A DNA stretch of 61,999 bases, the filler included, from a bacterium (GTDB lineage Bacteria; UBP15; UBA6099; JAJRTR01): NCBI GenBank assembly GCA_024278215.1. It is 5 parts of 5 records of this genome, joined end to end, with 100 filler letters (N's around TTAATTAATTAA, not from the genome) between each part and the next. Parts side by side here need not be neighbours in the genome. Positions count along the whole stretch, not along the records: positions 1 to 12,452 come from JAJRTR010000159.1; positions 12,553 to 25,828 come from JAJRTR010000161.1; 3 more parts are not named here. One strand, given 5' to 3'. The notes under the pieces are model-generated. The model was not told the origin of the DNA, did no database searches, and saw only the letters and a program-made list of their open reading frames with translations. The translations under genes and the position numbers were made by a program. Position 1 is the first letter of the stretch, and each line of letters opens with the position of its first letter. This document shows positions 9,327-19,600 of the stretch, piece by piece.

Positions 9327-9683
9327 ATGACACGTGTGAAACGAGGAGTTACAGCCCGGCAAAGAGCCAAAAAGGTCATGAAAAGGACCAAGGGCTACAG
9401 GGGCGCGCTGAGCCGCCACTACAGGGCCGCCAGCAGTGCTGTTATGCATTCGGATGTCTATGCGTATCGGGACAGGAAAAACCGCAAACGCGAATTCCGC
9501 AGGCTGTGGATCGCCCGCATAAACGCGGCAACCCGCGCCCACGGCATGAGTTACAGCGTTTTCATGTGCGCCCTCAAGAAAGCCGGAGTCGAACTCGACA
9601 GAAAAACTCTCTCCGAAATGGCTATTCACGAGCCCTCTGCATTCTCGCAGCTTGTCGAGCTTGCGCGCGAACACGCCGCCTGA
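9327..9683 (+). CDS. rplT: 50S ribosomal protein L20
   Basis: [32 protein letters not shown]. Confidence 0.98.
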   Translation: MTRVKRGVTARQRAKKVMKRTKGYRGALSRHYRAASSAVMHSDVYAYRDRKNRKREFRRLWIARINAATRAHGMSYSVFMCALKKAGVELDRKTLSEMAIHEPSAFSQLVELAREHAA

Positions 9684-9850
9684 CACAACACTTTTTTATG
9701 TTAATCGCACCGCTTCATTTTTCTTGGGCGGTGTTTTGGTTTATTTAACGCTTCTATGTTGTCTATTGCATCTTTGCTTTTTCCTTTTTTTTCATCTATC
9801 CTGTTCGATGATAAAGTGCAGGTTTATATGCAACATGGAGACGCTTGAAA

Positions 9851-10069
9851 ATGGAACAGTTCAATAAATTACAGGCGACTCAGCTATATTGCCCGCGCTG
9901 CCGGGTTGCCACGCCCGTGAAAGAGCGACTGTTACTTGTGCTGCCCGACGGCGAATTGTATGAGTATATTTGCGCCCGGTGCGGCGAGTCGCTGGGCAAG
10001 AGAAAAGTCAAAGGCGGCAATGAGCAGCAGGGTTCCGGGCCGGGCGCGGGTCGCTCGTTTTACATATAA
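9851..10069 (+). CDS. Small zinc-ribbon protein
   Basis: LYCPRC...YICARCG; GGAG upstream of ATG. Confidence 0.7.
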   Translation: MEQFNKLQATQLYCPRCRVATPVKERLLLVLPDGELYEYICARCGESLGKRKVKGGNEQQGSGPGAGRSFYI

Positions 10070-10092
10070 CCCGCATTTGTGAAATATGCGGG
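10070..10092 (+). repeat. 23-bp REP-like palindrome (family P)
   Basis: CCCGCATTTGTGAAATATGCGGG immediately after a stop codon. Confidence 0.8.
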
Positions 10093-10229
10093 ATAAGCAT
10101 TACACATGGTGACGCGAAGAAATATTCAGACGGCCTGAAGTGTTACAGGTCGTTTTTTCCGATGACCCGGATAAAGCAGCTAAAAAATATGGAAGATGAA
10201 AACATAGAGCGGGAGAGAATCGATAAGTA

Positions 10230-10835
10230 ATGGCAAACGAAAAGAAATTTGTGCAATCCGCGCGGATCAAACTGGAAAATGTCGTGCCGGGCATGGCGCT
10301 TGCGGAAGAAATAAAGAATGCAGCGGGCGGCATCGTTCTGGCAGCCGGAGCGACACTGTCGCGAAACGACATCGAGATTATAAGCAGGATGGGCGTCGAT
10401 AAAGTCTACATCGAGAAAGTCGAAGTGCAGAAGGAGCACAACGCGCTACGAGGCAAAAAAGCCGTCGTCATAGAAGACGCTCTGTTTTTCCGGCACATGT
10501 TTGCAAAAATGCTCTACCGGATGGGCATCTTCGTCGCGGACGATGTGGAAACAGCCGAAGAAGGCATTGTCAGCGCTAAAAAATATTCTCCCGATCTGCT
10601 TGTCGTGGATGTTCATCTGCCGGGCAAAAGCGGTATTGAAGTTATAAAACAAGTCAGGAAAAAACTACCCTGCGTAAAATTCCTTGCTGTTTCCTCGGAC
10701 AAAAGTCGTGACAATATCATCAATGTTGTTAAGGCCGGCGCGGATGAATTTCTCCTGAAGCCCATAAGATGGGAAGTCTTCAGCGCCCGTGTCATGAGTC
10801 TGATTGCGCGGGACGATACCATGCAGCGGGGCTAA
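10230..10835 (+). CDS. Response regulator (C-terminal receiver, small N-terminal domain)
   Basis: VVIEDA, PDLLVVDVHLPGKSG, GADEFLLKP. Confidence 0.85.
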   Translation: MANEKKFVQSARIKLENVVPGMALAEEIKNAAGGIVLAAGATLSRNDIEIISRMGVDKVYIEKVEVQKEHNALRGKKAVVIEDALFFRHMFAKMLYRMGIFVADDVETAEEGIVSAKKYSPDLLVVDVHLPGKSGIEVIKQVRKKLPCVKFLAVSSDKSRDNIINVVKAGADEFLLKPIRWEVFSARVMSLIARDDTMQRG

Positions 10836-10858
10836 CCCGCGTTTGTTAAATATGCGGG
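10836..10858 (+). repeat. REP-like palindrome (family P)
   Basis: CCCGCGTTTGTTAAATATGCGGG immediately after a stop codon. Confidence 0.75.
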
Positions 10859-10979
10859 TCGCAACCCGGGGTAATCAGGAAAGTATTTGGACAACGAGCT
10901 TTCGCGAGAAAATTGAAATCGCGCGCGATGCAAACAAGATTGTGAAGACACCCCCGTGTAAAATGAATATAATACCTGC

Positions 10980-12338
10980 ATGTCCGAAAAGTTGCCGAAG
11001 TTTCCATTAACCGGTTCGCTGGCGTACTCGGCCGGGGCGGTGGGCTACCAGATTCTCGACCGGGTGCTGATGGGCGTGGTGATGTTTTTCTACCTGCCGC
11101 CCGCCGAGAACAGCAACCCGCAGCTTGTGCCGATAAAGATATTCGGACTGCTTTTTATTTTCGGCAGGGTTGTCGACTCGCTGGCCGACCCGCTGGTGAG
11201 CCTGTGGACCGACAGGTCGCGCTCGCCGCGCGGACGGCGCGTGCCGTTCATGCTCTATGGCGGTTTGCCGCTGGCGGCGTCGCTTGTACTGATGTTTTTT
11301 CCGCCTGTGAAAGGTGTCTCGAACCTGAATGTCGCATGGCTCGCGCTGTTTCTCGGGCTCTACTTCTTTTTCTTCACATATTACCTGTGTCCCTATCTCG
11401 CGCTGCTGCCCGAGCTGGCGCGTTCGCCGCGCGACCGCATCAATCTCTCTTCGCTCGCCGGGCTCGGTATGCTCATCGGCACTATTATCGGCACTGTTTT
11501 CTGGGCGCCCCTGGTCGACGCTTTCGGCTACAGGGGGATGGCTCTTATTATGGGCGGACTCGCTGTTGTGTTCCTCTATATGCCGGTGCTTGCAGTCGAC
11601 GAAAAGAAGTACTGCGAATCGAGCACATGCGACATGGGCCTTGTCGAATCGCTCACGACTACCTTTAAGAACAGACCGTTCGCCATCTACCTTTTCGGCA
11701 ATGTCACATTCTGGTTCGGTTTCAATATCATTTCGGGCGGCATCACTTATTACATAACGGTGCTGCTGGGACTGCCGCTTTCGCAGGTTCCGAAATTCAT
11801 GGCCGCTACTTTCGGCATGACCATACTTTTCATTCCCGTGATGAACATCATTGTGAAAAAGATCGGCAAGCGCAATACGATGATATTGCTGCTCGCGCTT
11901 TTCGGACTGATTCTTCCGCCGATATATTTCATGGACTCGCAGTCGCTGCCGATATCGAATGTTCTGTATGGTTACATCCTGCTGGGGCTGGCGGGCATAC
12001 CGGTGGCGGGCCTTTTTATCGTGCCGAACGCTATTGTGGCCGACCTTACGGATTACGACGAGATGCTTACGGGCCAGCGCCACGAGGCGATGTATTTCGG
12101 AGCCCAGGGTTTCTGCCAGAAGGTCATAATGGGGATATCGACATACCTGATGACGCTGTTGTTCTCGTCGTTCGGCAACAGTATCGCGGAGCCGCTGGGG
12201 GTGCGGCTCACAGGGCCGGTGGCAGGGATGTTCGCCGTGATAGGTCTTGTGGCATTCCTCTTCTTTCCCCGCGATATCGAGCACCGGGTCGAGGAGTTCC
12301 GGCGGGAGAAGGAGCGCCGCGTGGCTGCCGAGCAATAG
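10980..12338 (+). CDS. MFS transporter, glycoside-pentoside-hexuronide (MelB-like) family
   Basis: GRVVDSLADPLVSLWTDRSRSPRGRRVPF, VADLTDYDE..GQRHEAMYFG; about 12 hydrophobic segments. Confidence 0.9.
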   Translation: MSEKLPKFPLTGSLAYSAGAVGYQILDRVLMGVVMFFYLPPAENSNPQLVPIKIFGLLFIFGRVVDSLADPLVSLWTDRSRSPRGRRVPFMLYGGLPLAASLVLMFFPPVKGVSNLNVAWLALFLGLYFFFFTYYLCPYLALLPELARSPRDRINLSSLAGLGMLIGTIIGTVFWAPLVDAFGYRGMALIMGGLAVVFLYMPVLAVDEKKYCESSTCDMGLVESLTTTFKNRPFAIYLFGNVTFWFGFNIISGGITYYITVLLGLPLSQVPKFMAATFGMTILFIPVMNIIVKKIGKRNTMILLLALFGLILPPIYFMDSQSLPISNVLYGYILLGLAGIPVAGLFIVPNAIVADLTDYDEMLTGQRHEAMYFGAQGFCQKVIMGISTYLMTLLFSSFGNSIAEPLGVRLTGPVAGMFAVIGLVAFLFFPRDIEHRVEEFRREKERRVAAEQ

Positions 12339-12452
12339 GTGGCGCGGCGCAGTGTGGATTCGGGATTCGGGAAGATCAAAGACTTTCATCGTTCCGGGGC
12401 TCCGGTCCGGAACGTATAGACTGAACGTTCCGAGTTCACCATAAAAACTTCG

Positions 12453-12552
12453 NNNNNNNNNNNNNNNNNNNNNNNNNNNNNNNNNNNNNNNNNNNNTTAA
12501 TTAATTAANNNNNNNNNNNNNNNNNNNNNNNNNNNNNNNNNNNNNNNNNNNN
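12453..12552. other. Artificial contig linker
   Basis: N44-TTAATTAATTAA-N44; stops in all six frames. Confidence 0.97.
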
Positions 12553-12651
12553 CAAATAGCAAATTATAAGCAATTCAAAAAACTTACCGGCGAATGGATC
12601 GACCTATCCGTCGAACTCGCCAAGCTTCGCAAATCAGTAAAAAAGGGGTAA
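12553..12651 (+). pseudogene. 3' end of a small IS-associated protein (DUF6788-like), cut by contig start
   Basis: Translates QIANYKQFKKLTGEWIDLSVELAKLRKSVKKG*, resembling C-termini of DUF6788 proteins. Confidence 0.45.
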
Positions 12652-12896
12652 AGTATTATCCAGAACTTGGTACTGTCCAGTACAAAGGAAAGAACACTTT
12701 ATTGTCGTGTCAATGATGAAAAGACGTAAGTAAATAATTTTTTGGAAGGAACAGAAAGAGTGCAGGACGCAGTCACCGTACCGCGCCTCAACCTTTGCCC
12801 ACACAAAAAGTTATCGCGAAAAATACGCTCAGGCGCGGTACGGTGACCGCGCCTTTGTCTACACTCAAAACGTCGATACAAAGTTGACACGACACC

Positions 12897-12943
12897 ATGT
12901 TGTTTCACGATTTCACGTACGCAATTCCTATTGATAACCGCTA
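12897..12943 (+). repeat. 47-bp repeat shared with 31097-31143
   Basis: ATGTTGTTTCACGATTTCA(CG/TA)TACGCAATTCCTATTGATAACCGCTA, 2 mismatches. Confidence 0.8.
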
Positions 12944-13011
12944 CATTATATAATAGTGCACTATATGTCAATAGTATTTATGTCTTGAAAAATAGGTGTA
13001 AACAGGGACGC

Positions 13012-13674
13012 TTACCGTTTTTGGGATTGTCGGATTATCTCTTTTCTGCGGTGGTAGTGGATGATGATTTTTTCGGGATCGACAACTTTTTCCACAATTC
13101 TGTCGGGCCGCACGTAGTCGTTGCCGACAGGCGTTGCAGCGGAAACGGCAAAGGGAAAAGTATTTTTTATAAATTCGCTGCTGTCTCCCTTTTCTAAAAG
13201 AATTGCCACGGCTGCTGTCTCCATATCCAGGACTTCCATCTGCACATTTTCATCACGCGCGGCCCGCAGAAGGCGTTCGCCGATTCCGTCGGCGGCGTCT
13301 GTGAAATAAATGTAATATTGCATCGCCTTCGGCGGGTTTTCGTCTTTCTTCGCCGAGCGCACCCGGCGGATTGAATCCAGCACCAGGCCCGGCGGCATCG
13401 CCGCGGCGAATGCGCGCTCGACTTCCGTCTCCGGTAACTCTTCCATAAGCTGGAAAAACACGCGCTCGCATTCACTTGTGTGTCCCGAGGAAAGCGGCAT
13501 AGTACGATACGATATTTTCGGTTTGGGATTAAACCCTTCCGAGAAATATATCGGCAATCCGGTGCGCCGAAGAAGCCGCATGAAAGCGCGCATCAGGTCG
13601 AGATGCGATATGAAACGCGCCTCCCACAACCTGGCGAATCGTATCCGGTATGGCACTCGTGTATCTTCAGTCAT
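13012..13674 (-). CDS. Radical SAM-linked protein (TIGR03936/DUF2344)
   Basis: RFISHLDLMRAFMRLLRRTGLPIYFSEGFNPKP; overlaps upstream radical SAM gene. Confidence 0.88.
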   Translation of the reverse strand: MTEDTRVPYRIRFARLWEARFISHLDLMRAFMRLLRRTGLPIYFSEGFNPKPKISYRTMPLSSGHTSECERVFFQLMEELPETEVERAFAAAMPPGLVLDSIRRVRSAKKDENPPKAMQYYIYFTDAADGIGERLLRAARDENVQMEVLDMETAAVAILLEKGDSSEFIKNTFPFAVSAATPVGNDYVRPDRIVEKVVDPEKIIIHYHRRKEIIRQSQKR

Positions 13675-15502
13675 TGGTGTCACAGTCCAGTCCGCAGCCT
13701 GTACACCTGTTGCCGATGCAGCTTTCTGTTGTGTCGCCCCGCATGGCCTTAGCGCGTTCTATAAGAAGGTACTTTGTTGTTATGCCGCAATCAATGTGGC
13801 TCCAGGGGAGGCGGCTTCCGGGTTTGTACGGCGTGTGCGCGTAATCGGCGGGGTCGACACCTGCACGGCTGAATGCCTGTCGCCATTTATCTGCATCGAG
13901 ACATTCGCTCCAGCCGTCGAATCGGCAGCCGAGATTGTAGGCTTCCTCGAGTGCGCGGCCGATCCTGCGGTCGCCACGTGCGAATACCGCTTCCATCGCG
14001 CTGCGGTGCGGATCGTGAAAGTCGAGTTTGACATGCCGCCGGTCGATCACCGAGCGAAGCAGCCTCTGTTTCCCGAACAGTTTTTCGACAGGTTCAAACG
14101 GTTCCCACTGGAACGGAGTGTGCGGTTTGGGCACAAAGTTAGAGACACTCAATGTAAAATCCGGTTTGCCGCGTTTTCGGCCTGATTTTTTCTTTCCTGC
14201 AACCGCCGTCAGGCGTTTAATGAGCGCGGCTATTCCCAGCACATCTTCTTCTGTTTCCGTCGGGAGCCCGATCATAAAATAGAGTTTGACTTTTTTCCAG
14301 CCCGCCGCGAACGACGACGCGACAGCCCCGATTATCTCTTCATCCGTTATCCTTTTATTTATCACATTGCGCAGGCGCTGAGTGCCAGCCTCGGGAGCGA
14401 GAGTGAGCCCGGTCGCGCGCACGAGCCGGAGTTTTTCGCCGACCTCCTCGCTGAATGTGTCGATGCGCGACGACGGCATCGAGATAGACACGCGCCTGGG
14501 TGTGGCGAACTCGCTGAGCCCGTCCAGCAGGTGCGCCAGTTGTGAGTAATCCGGTGCGTTGAGCGACAGGAGCGACACCTCGTTCCAGCCGGAATGCCGA
14601 TACATTTCTTTCACGTTCCCGATGAGGAAATCCGCATCGCGTTCCCGGCGCGGCCTGTAGATCATGCCTGCCTGGCAGTAGCGGCATCCCTGCGCGCATC
14701 CCCTGAAAATCTCGATGCTCATTCTGTCGTGTACCGCGTTTATCGAAGGCAGGATCAGTTTCGACGGGTAGTACGAGTTGCTCATGTTGCGCACATAGCG
14801 CCGCATTACCGGATAGGGCGCAGGCGGCGTTCCAGAGACGGTACACCTGCCGTTTTCGCCGGTTCCGGTTTCATATAGAGAAGGGATATACACGCCCTCG
14901 ACCGCCGCGATCTTTTCGAGTATTTCCGGCCGTCCGCCACCTGCGGCTTTCACCCGCCGCGCCGCTTCCATAATCTCCATTAGCGGCTCTTCGCCCTCGC
15001 CGATGACGAAGGCGTCGATGAAATCCGCCAGAGGTTCGGGGTTAACGGAGCACCCGCCGCCCGCAATCACGACCGGTGCCGAGTCCGGTCGCCGCGCCGC
15101 CCGCAGTCCGAGTCCGCCCAGGTCGAGCATAGTCAGCACATTGGTGAAAGTCATCTCGTAGGAAAGGGAAAACCCTATAATGTCGAACTCGCTCAGCGGG
15201 GTGAATGTTTCGAGCGAATAGAGTGGAAGAGCGCGACCGCGCAGTTCCTGCTCCATATCCGGCCAGGGCGCGAAACAGCGTTCGCAGGCGGCCCAGCCGA
15301 GTTCGTTGACGTAATGATATAAAAGCGTGAATCCGAGGCTCGACATGCCGATCTCGTAGACTTCGGGAAAGCAGAGCGCGAGACGCACTTCCGCCGTGTC
15401 CTTCACGACGGCGTTGAGCTCACCGCCTGCATACCTGCCCGGTTTTCGCACACGCGGAAGCACTTCCAACTCGATTTTTTTTCTTAGTTCTTTCCCTGTC
15501 AT
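13667..15502 (-). CDS. B12-binding radical SAM protein (TIGR03960 family)
   Basis: VRKPGRYAGGE, FPEVYEIGMSSLG, RGCAQGCRYCQAG, APEAGTQRLR, FVPKPHTPFQW; start set at MTGKEL. Confidence 0.92.
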   Translation of the reverse strand: MTGKELRKKIELEVLPRVRKPGRYAGGELNAVVKDTAEVRLALCFPEVYEIGMSSLGFTLLYHYVNELGWAACERCFAPWPDMEQELRGRALPLYSLETFTPLSEFDIIGFSLSYEMTFTNVLTMLDLGGLGLRAARRPDSAPVVIAGGGCSVNPEPLADFIDAFVIGEGEEPLMEIMEAARRVKAAGGGRPEILEKIAAVEGVYIPSLYETGTGENGRCTVSGTPPAPYPVMRRYVRNMSNSYYPSKLILPSINAVHDRMSIEIFRGCAQGCRYCQAGMIYRPRRERDADFLIGNVKEMYRHSGWNEVSLLSLNAPDYSQLAHLLDGLSEFATPRRVSISMPSSRIDTFSEEVGEKLRLVRATGLTLAPEAGTQRLRNVINKRITDEEIIGAVASSFAAGWKKVKLYFMIGLPTETEEDVLGIAALIKRLTAVAGKKKSGRKRGKPDFTLSVSNFVPKPHTPFQWEPFEPVEKLFGKQRLLRSVIDRRHVKLDFHDPHRSAMEAVFARGDRRIGRALEEAYNLGCRFDGWSECLDADKWRQAFSRAGVDPADYAHTPYKPGSRLPWSHIDCGITTKYLLIERAKAMRGDTTESCIGNRCTGCGLDCDTND

Positions 15503-15537
15503 AAGCTCGCCGGGTTCCTGCCGAATGGGACTTTCGA

Positions 15538-15560
15538 CCCGCTCTGGTGAAATATGCGGG
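15538..15560 (+). repeat. REP-like palindrome (family P)
   Basis: CCCGCTCTGGTGAAATATGCGGG. Confidence 0.75.
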
Positions 15561-15617
15561 GTTAAAATATAGTCTATGTGCGATGGAATATCAATACAAT
15601 AGAATCGGAATATAGAT

Positions 15618-15795
15618 GAGCCAATTGCAAAATTCTGATTCTGCTGCGGTCTGCTGCTATTGTCCATAGCTGCGTTGTCGGCATAAAATCGTCCTCGACG
15701 TACTCTACAAGTACGCCTGCGAGGATTTTACACCTCCGCCTTGCTCTTATCAATTTCGCTCAACCTCGCTACGAACATAATTTTGTAATTGGCTC
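15618..15795 (+). mobile_element. MITE family A, copy 4
   Basis: TIRs; flanked by 4-bp direct repeat AGAT. Confidence 0.9.
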
Positions 15796-15831
15796 AGATG
15801 AAGTAGCGCAAATGAATCCGAAAGAAATTCG

Positions 15832-15859
15832 TTGAAATATGTACAATGTGCGGTATAAT
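15832..15859 (+). promoter_or_regulatory. Putative sigma70 promoter of tatA
   Basis: TTGAAA-16 bp-TATAAT; GAGGT SD before ATG at 15892. Confidence 0.55.
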
Positions 15860-15891
15860 GAGAATGAAATAACTATTAAAAGAGGTATGTT

Positions 15892-16116
15892 ATGTGGACA
15901 CCGGGAATCGGTGAAATTATAGTAATACTCGTAGTGGCGTTGCTGATATTCGGGCCGAGGAAACTGCCTGAGATGGGCAAGGCCATCGGTTCGGCTGTAA
16001 CAGAATTCAAAAAAGGCATCGCGGGAGTATCCGTGGACGACACAAAAAACGAGCCGCCGAGAATAATAGATTCATCGAACGAAAAAGAAGAAGACAAGAC
16101 AAAACCAGTCGGCTGA
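15892..16116 (+). CDS. tatA: Twin-arginine translocase subunit TatA/TatE
   Basis: GIGEIIVILVVALLIFGPRKLPEMGKAIGSAVTEFKKG. Confidence 0.95.
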   Translation: MWTPGIGEIIVILVVALLIFGPRKLPEMGKAIGSAVTEFKKGIAGVSVDDTKNEPPRIIDSSNEKEEDKTKPVG

Positions 16117-16352
16117 TAACGTGCTGCCGCTTCAGCATTTATTCAAGCGGCAGCCTGTGATGAGTTTGCACTTATCAGTCAATGAATAATTATTCATTGA
16201 CCGCATCGGGTCTGGTGTACATGCTGCCGAACTTCGGTCCTGCGGCAAAAGCCGCTGGATGCCTGTTTAAATGAATAAATAAAACCGGAACTTGTGCGAC
16301 TTATATGTTTGCCGGGAACATAAGCAGGAGATTCTTCGGTTACGATTTTTGG

Positions 16353-16375
16353 CCCGCATTGGTAAAATATGCGGG
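16353..16375 (+). repeat. REP-like palindrome (family P)
   Basis: CCCGCATTGGTAAAATATGCGGG. Confidence 0.8.
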
Positions 16376-16604
16376 GTAGAATAAACACTTTCTATCGAGC
16401 AGATTGTTTCCATCCTGCAGGAAGTTAAGTATCCCTCATTTCAATAACGCACAAGTCAAGTTATAATTCATGAAACAACTAATCATTATAAATGCAGATA
16501 ATACTTTCAGGAGATCTGCGATATTTGTGTATGTATGGCGAATTGCGTGTGCCGGGGTATCGGTGCCGAAAAGGGAATAAAAGCAGCGGTTAAGTGGCGG
16601 TTAA

Positions 16605-19600
16605 GTGACTGCGAAGAAAAAATTTATAGCGGCAATAATTTTTTTATATGTATGCGTACTGTCGGCGCGCAGCTATGCCGTGCCCGCTTTTGTTTCCAAC
16701 GTGATATACGATTTCAAGAACGACGAAATAACATTTAATATGGGACCCGGACGCGGGATCAAGCCCGGCGATGTGTTCGAAGTAGTGCGCGAGGGCGAGC
16801 GGCTGGGAGTGCTGAAGGCTGTCGAGGTGTCGCCGCTGTACACCCGGATGCAGATTATTGTCGACGAACAGAAAAAAGGCGAAGAAGGCATTATCGGCAC
16901 AATAATATCCGCGGCGGAAGCCGGAAAGCTGATGCTGCCGCGCGAACAGGCCGCCGCCGCGCCGGTCGAGTCGAAAGGAAAAGAACCGAAAAAAAACACC
17001 ACACCGGAAAAGCCGGCGGTTGCGCCGGAAGCGGCGAACCCGGAAGAACTATCTGCTCCGGTGAAGCCTGTCGGGCAGCGGCCCGCCCTCCCTGAAACCG
17101 CTAAGACGGCAACTGCTACCTCCGCTGTGCCGCCACAGGCGGCAGGACAACAAAACGCGAAGAAAAGCGATTCCGGCGAACCGGCCGCCAACGACTTTGT
17201 CGTCATGGACAAGGAACTCACGGAAAAGGTGAAAGACAAGAAGGTCGATGTCAAACTTTCAGGTTACAGGTACCTCAAGTACCGCAGTTACAGCGCGGAC
17301 GGCGACGAAACCAATTTCCTCTCACGTAACGGACTGCTGACACAGGGCAGCACGTATGAGCAGGGCAGTCAGTTGCAGGCAAAAATGTCTTATGGCGGAA
17401 ATGTGTCGCTTAATGGCAGTTTTATCGAGTTGCCGTACCAGGAGCGGGACATGGAGTTCGAGTTGCTTGCAGGCAACTACCGCGCCCTGTTCGGCGATGT
17501 GGCCACAGACCTCAGAACCGGCGAACTGGGCAAGATACAGAAGGAGATTACAGGCACACAGCTCCAGTACACGACGAAAAAGTTAGAGATGGACTATCTC
17601 GCGTCGCGCTCGAGGAGCGAGCCGCAAACTATTTCTTTCTATGGCGACAACACGCACGGGCCGTTCTCCCTCGAGGCGTTCGAGGTGCTGGAAAACAGCG
17701 AAACGGTGAGGATCAACGGAGTAGTAGTGCCCCGCGAGGAATATGACATCGACTATTATCTGGGGCAGATAACATTCTGTACCCGGGCCGATTCGACCGA
17801 CTGCCGTGAGGTCAAAACGTCGGACAGGGTGCAGGTCGAGTTCGAAGAGAAGATGCTGCTGGCGATGAAGGGCGGCAACCTGTTCGGAGTATCCTCCAAA
17901 TATAATTTCAACGAAGGGCGGAGTCTCGGTTTCGCGTATGTCGAGCAGGAAGCGAACAAGGCGAGCGAGCGGATCAGGAAATCCGCGACATACACTGCGA
18001 CCGGCTCCGAGATCGACTCGCAGACCGATTGCCCCGCTTCGACTATCTGCCTGCCGAAAACCTACCAGAACACTTACACACTCATGGCGAAGAATTTCGA
18101 GAAGGTGTATTACAACGGGCAGGTGTGGACAAATGGCGAGGACTATGTGCTGGACGATGAAGGATACGCTGAAGGCGAACTGGAACTGACTTCATCCTAC
18201 ACAGCGTCGGACGTTTTCAGGATCGAATATACATATTACGACAAAGATTTCGTACAGGAAGTCGAGTTCGGAGACGAAAACAGCGAATACACAAGCGAGA
18301 TCGGAAACGAAACATATTTCATATTGCGCAAGAGCAGGATTTATGAAGGCACGGAGACGGTGAGATACTGCAAGGGCCTGGTGGAAGACCCATGCAGCGA
18401 TTACCAGTTACTCGAGTACGGTGTGGACTACGACATCTATGAGGACGGCAACGCTTTGCAGATAATAAACAACGCGTATCTGCCCAACGACACCACGGAG
18501 CGGTACATTCAGATCGCATATTTGTATGTACCGTCGTCTTCCGACAACGACTCGCAATACAACCAGACCGTGACGGAGGTCTACGGAAAAACAAACCTGG
18601 GTGGAGTGTCGCTCGAGTTCGATTTCGGACGCAGCGAGAGCGACATCGCGAAAACCCCGATACAAGTGCTGCGCGAGCAGTTGACGAACGTCACCGGCAC
18701 ATACACGTGCCCGGTGGAATCCGGCGCGAGCGGCGAGTGCGTGTTCAGCCTCGAAAACAGCAACATCATAGAACTTTCCGAGACGCTTACAATCACTACC
18801 ACGGATGTGCCGCTCCAGAGAGGTGTCGAGTATGACATCGAGTACGACACGGGCGTGGTCGAACTCAAAGGCGGTGTCACACTCGCGACGGGCACCATCG
18901 TGTTCGCCGACTACCAGTACAACCCCGATGTTGCCGAAGGCATAGTCGACGGCAAGGCGCTGCGCTTGAAGGCCGCCACACAAATAAGTGATTTCAACAT
19001 CGGACTGGAACTTGGCAACAGCGACACTTATTTCTCGCCCATCGGGGGCAACAATACCCTCGAAACCAGCAGGCTCGACCTGAGTCTCGACGGCAATATC
19101 AATGACAACCTGTCGCTCACCCTGAAGAAATCTTCGTTCGACATTGCGAGAGATATATTCGAGTCGTCGACCACCGGCAACGATCAACTCGATGCCGCTG
19201 TAAAGTACCGGACGACCCGGGGCTACACCTTTGAATACAACTATGGTAAAGACGAGGCGATTGACGACCTGGCGACACACAAAGCCGACGACTCCCGGAA
19301 AAGACAGGGGATGAAGATCGGAATGCCTGGAATATGGAAACCCGATCTGACACTCACACTCGCACGCGACCAGGAAGACTTCAGCGACAACACAGACACA
19401 AACTACGACACGTCGACCAGGAAAAATACGATTGAAGTAACATACAAAAAGAACAACAGCATGGACCTGAAGGCGAATATCGCGACAACCGAAGTCGACT
19501 CGTCCGGCCTCGGCGATCCCTTCTCGACAGAAAACGTCACAAGAGGTCTCCTGCTGAGCTTCTATCCTTTCGACCTGCTTAATGTCGAGGCCGATATAAA

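Noticed and set aside
15503-15667. N-terminal extension of the TIGR03960 radical SAM ORF
   Set aside because: Starts inside MITE copy 4 and crosses a REP-like palindrome; family similarity begins near MTGKEL
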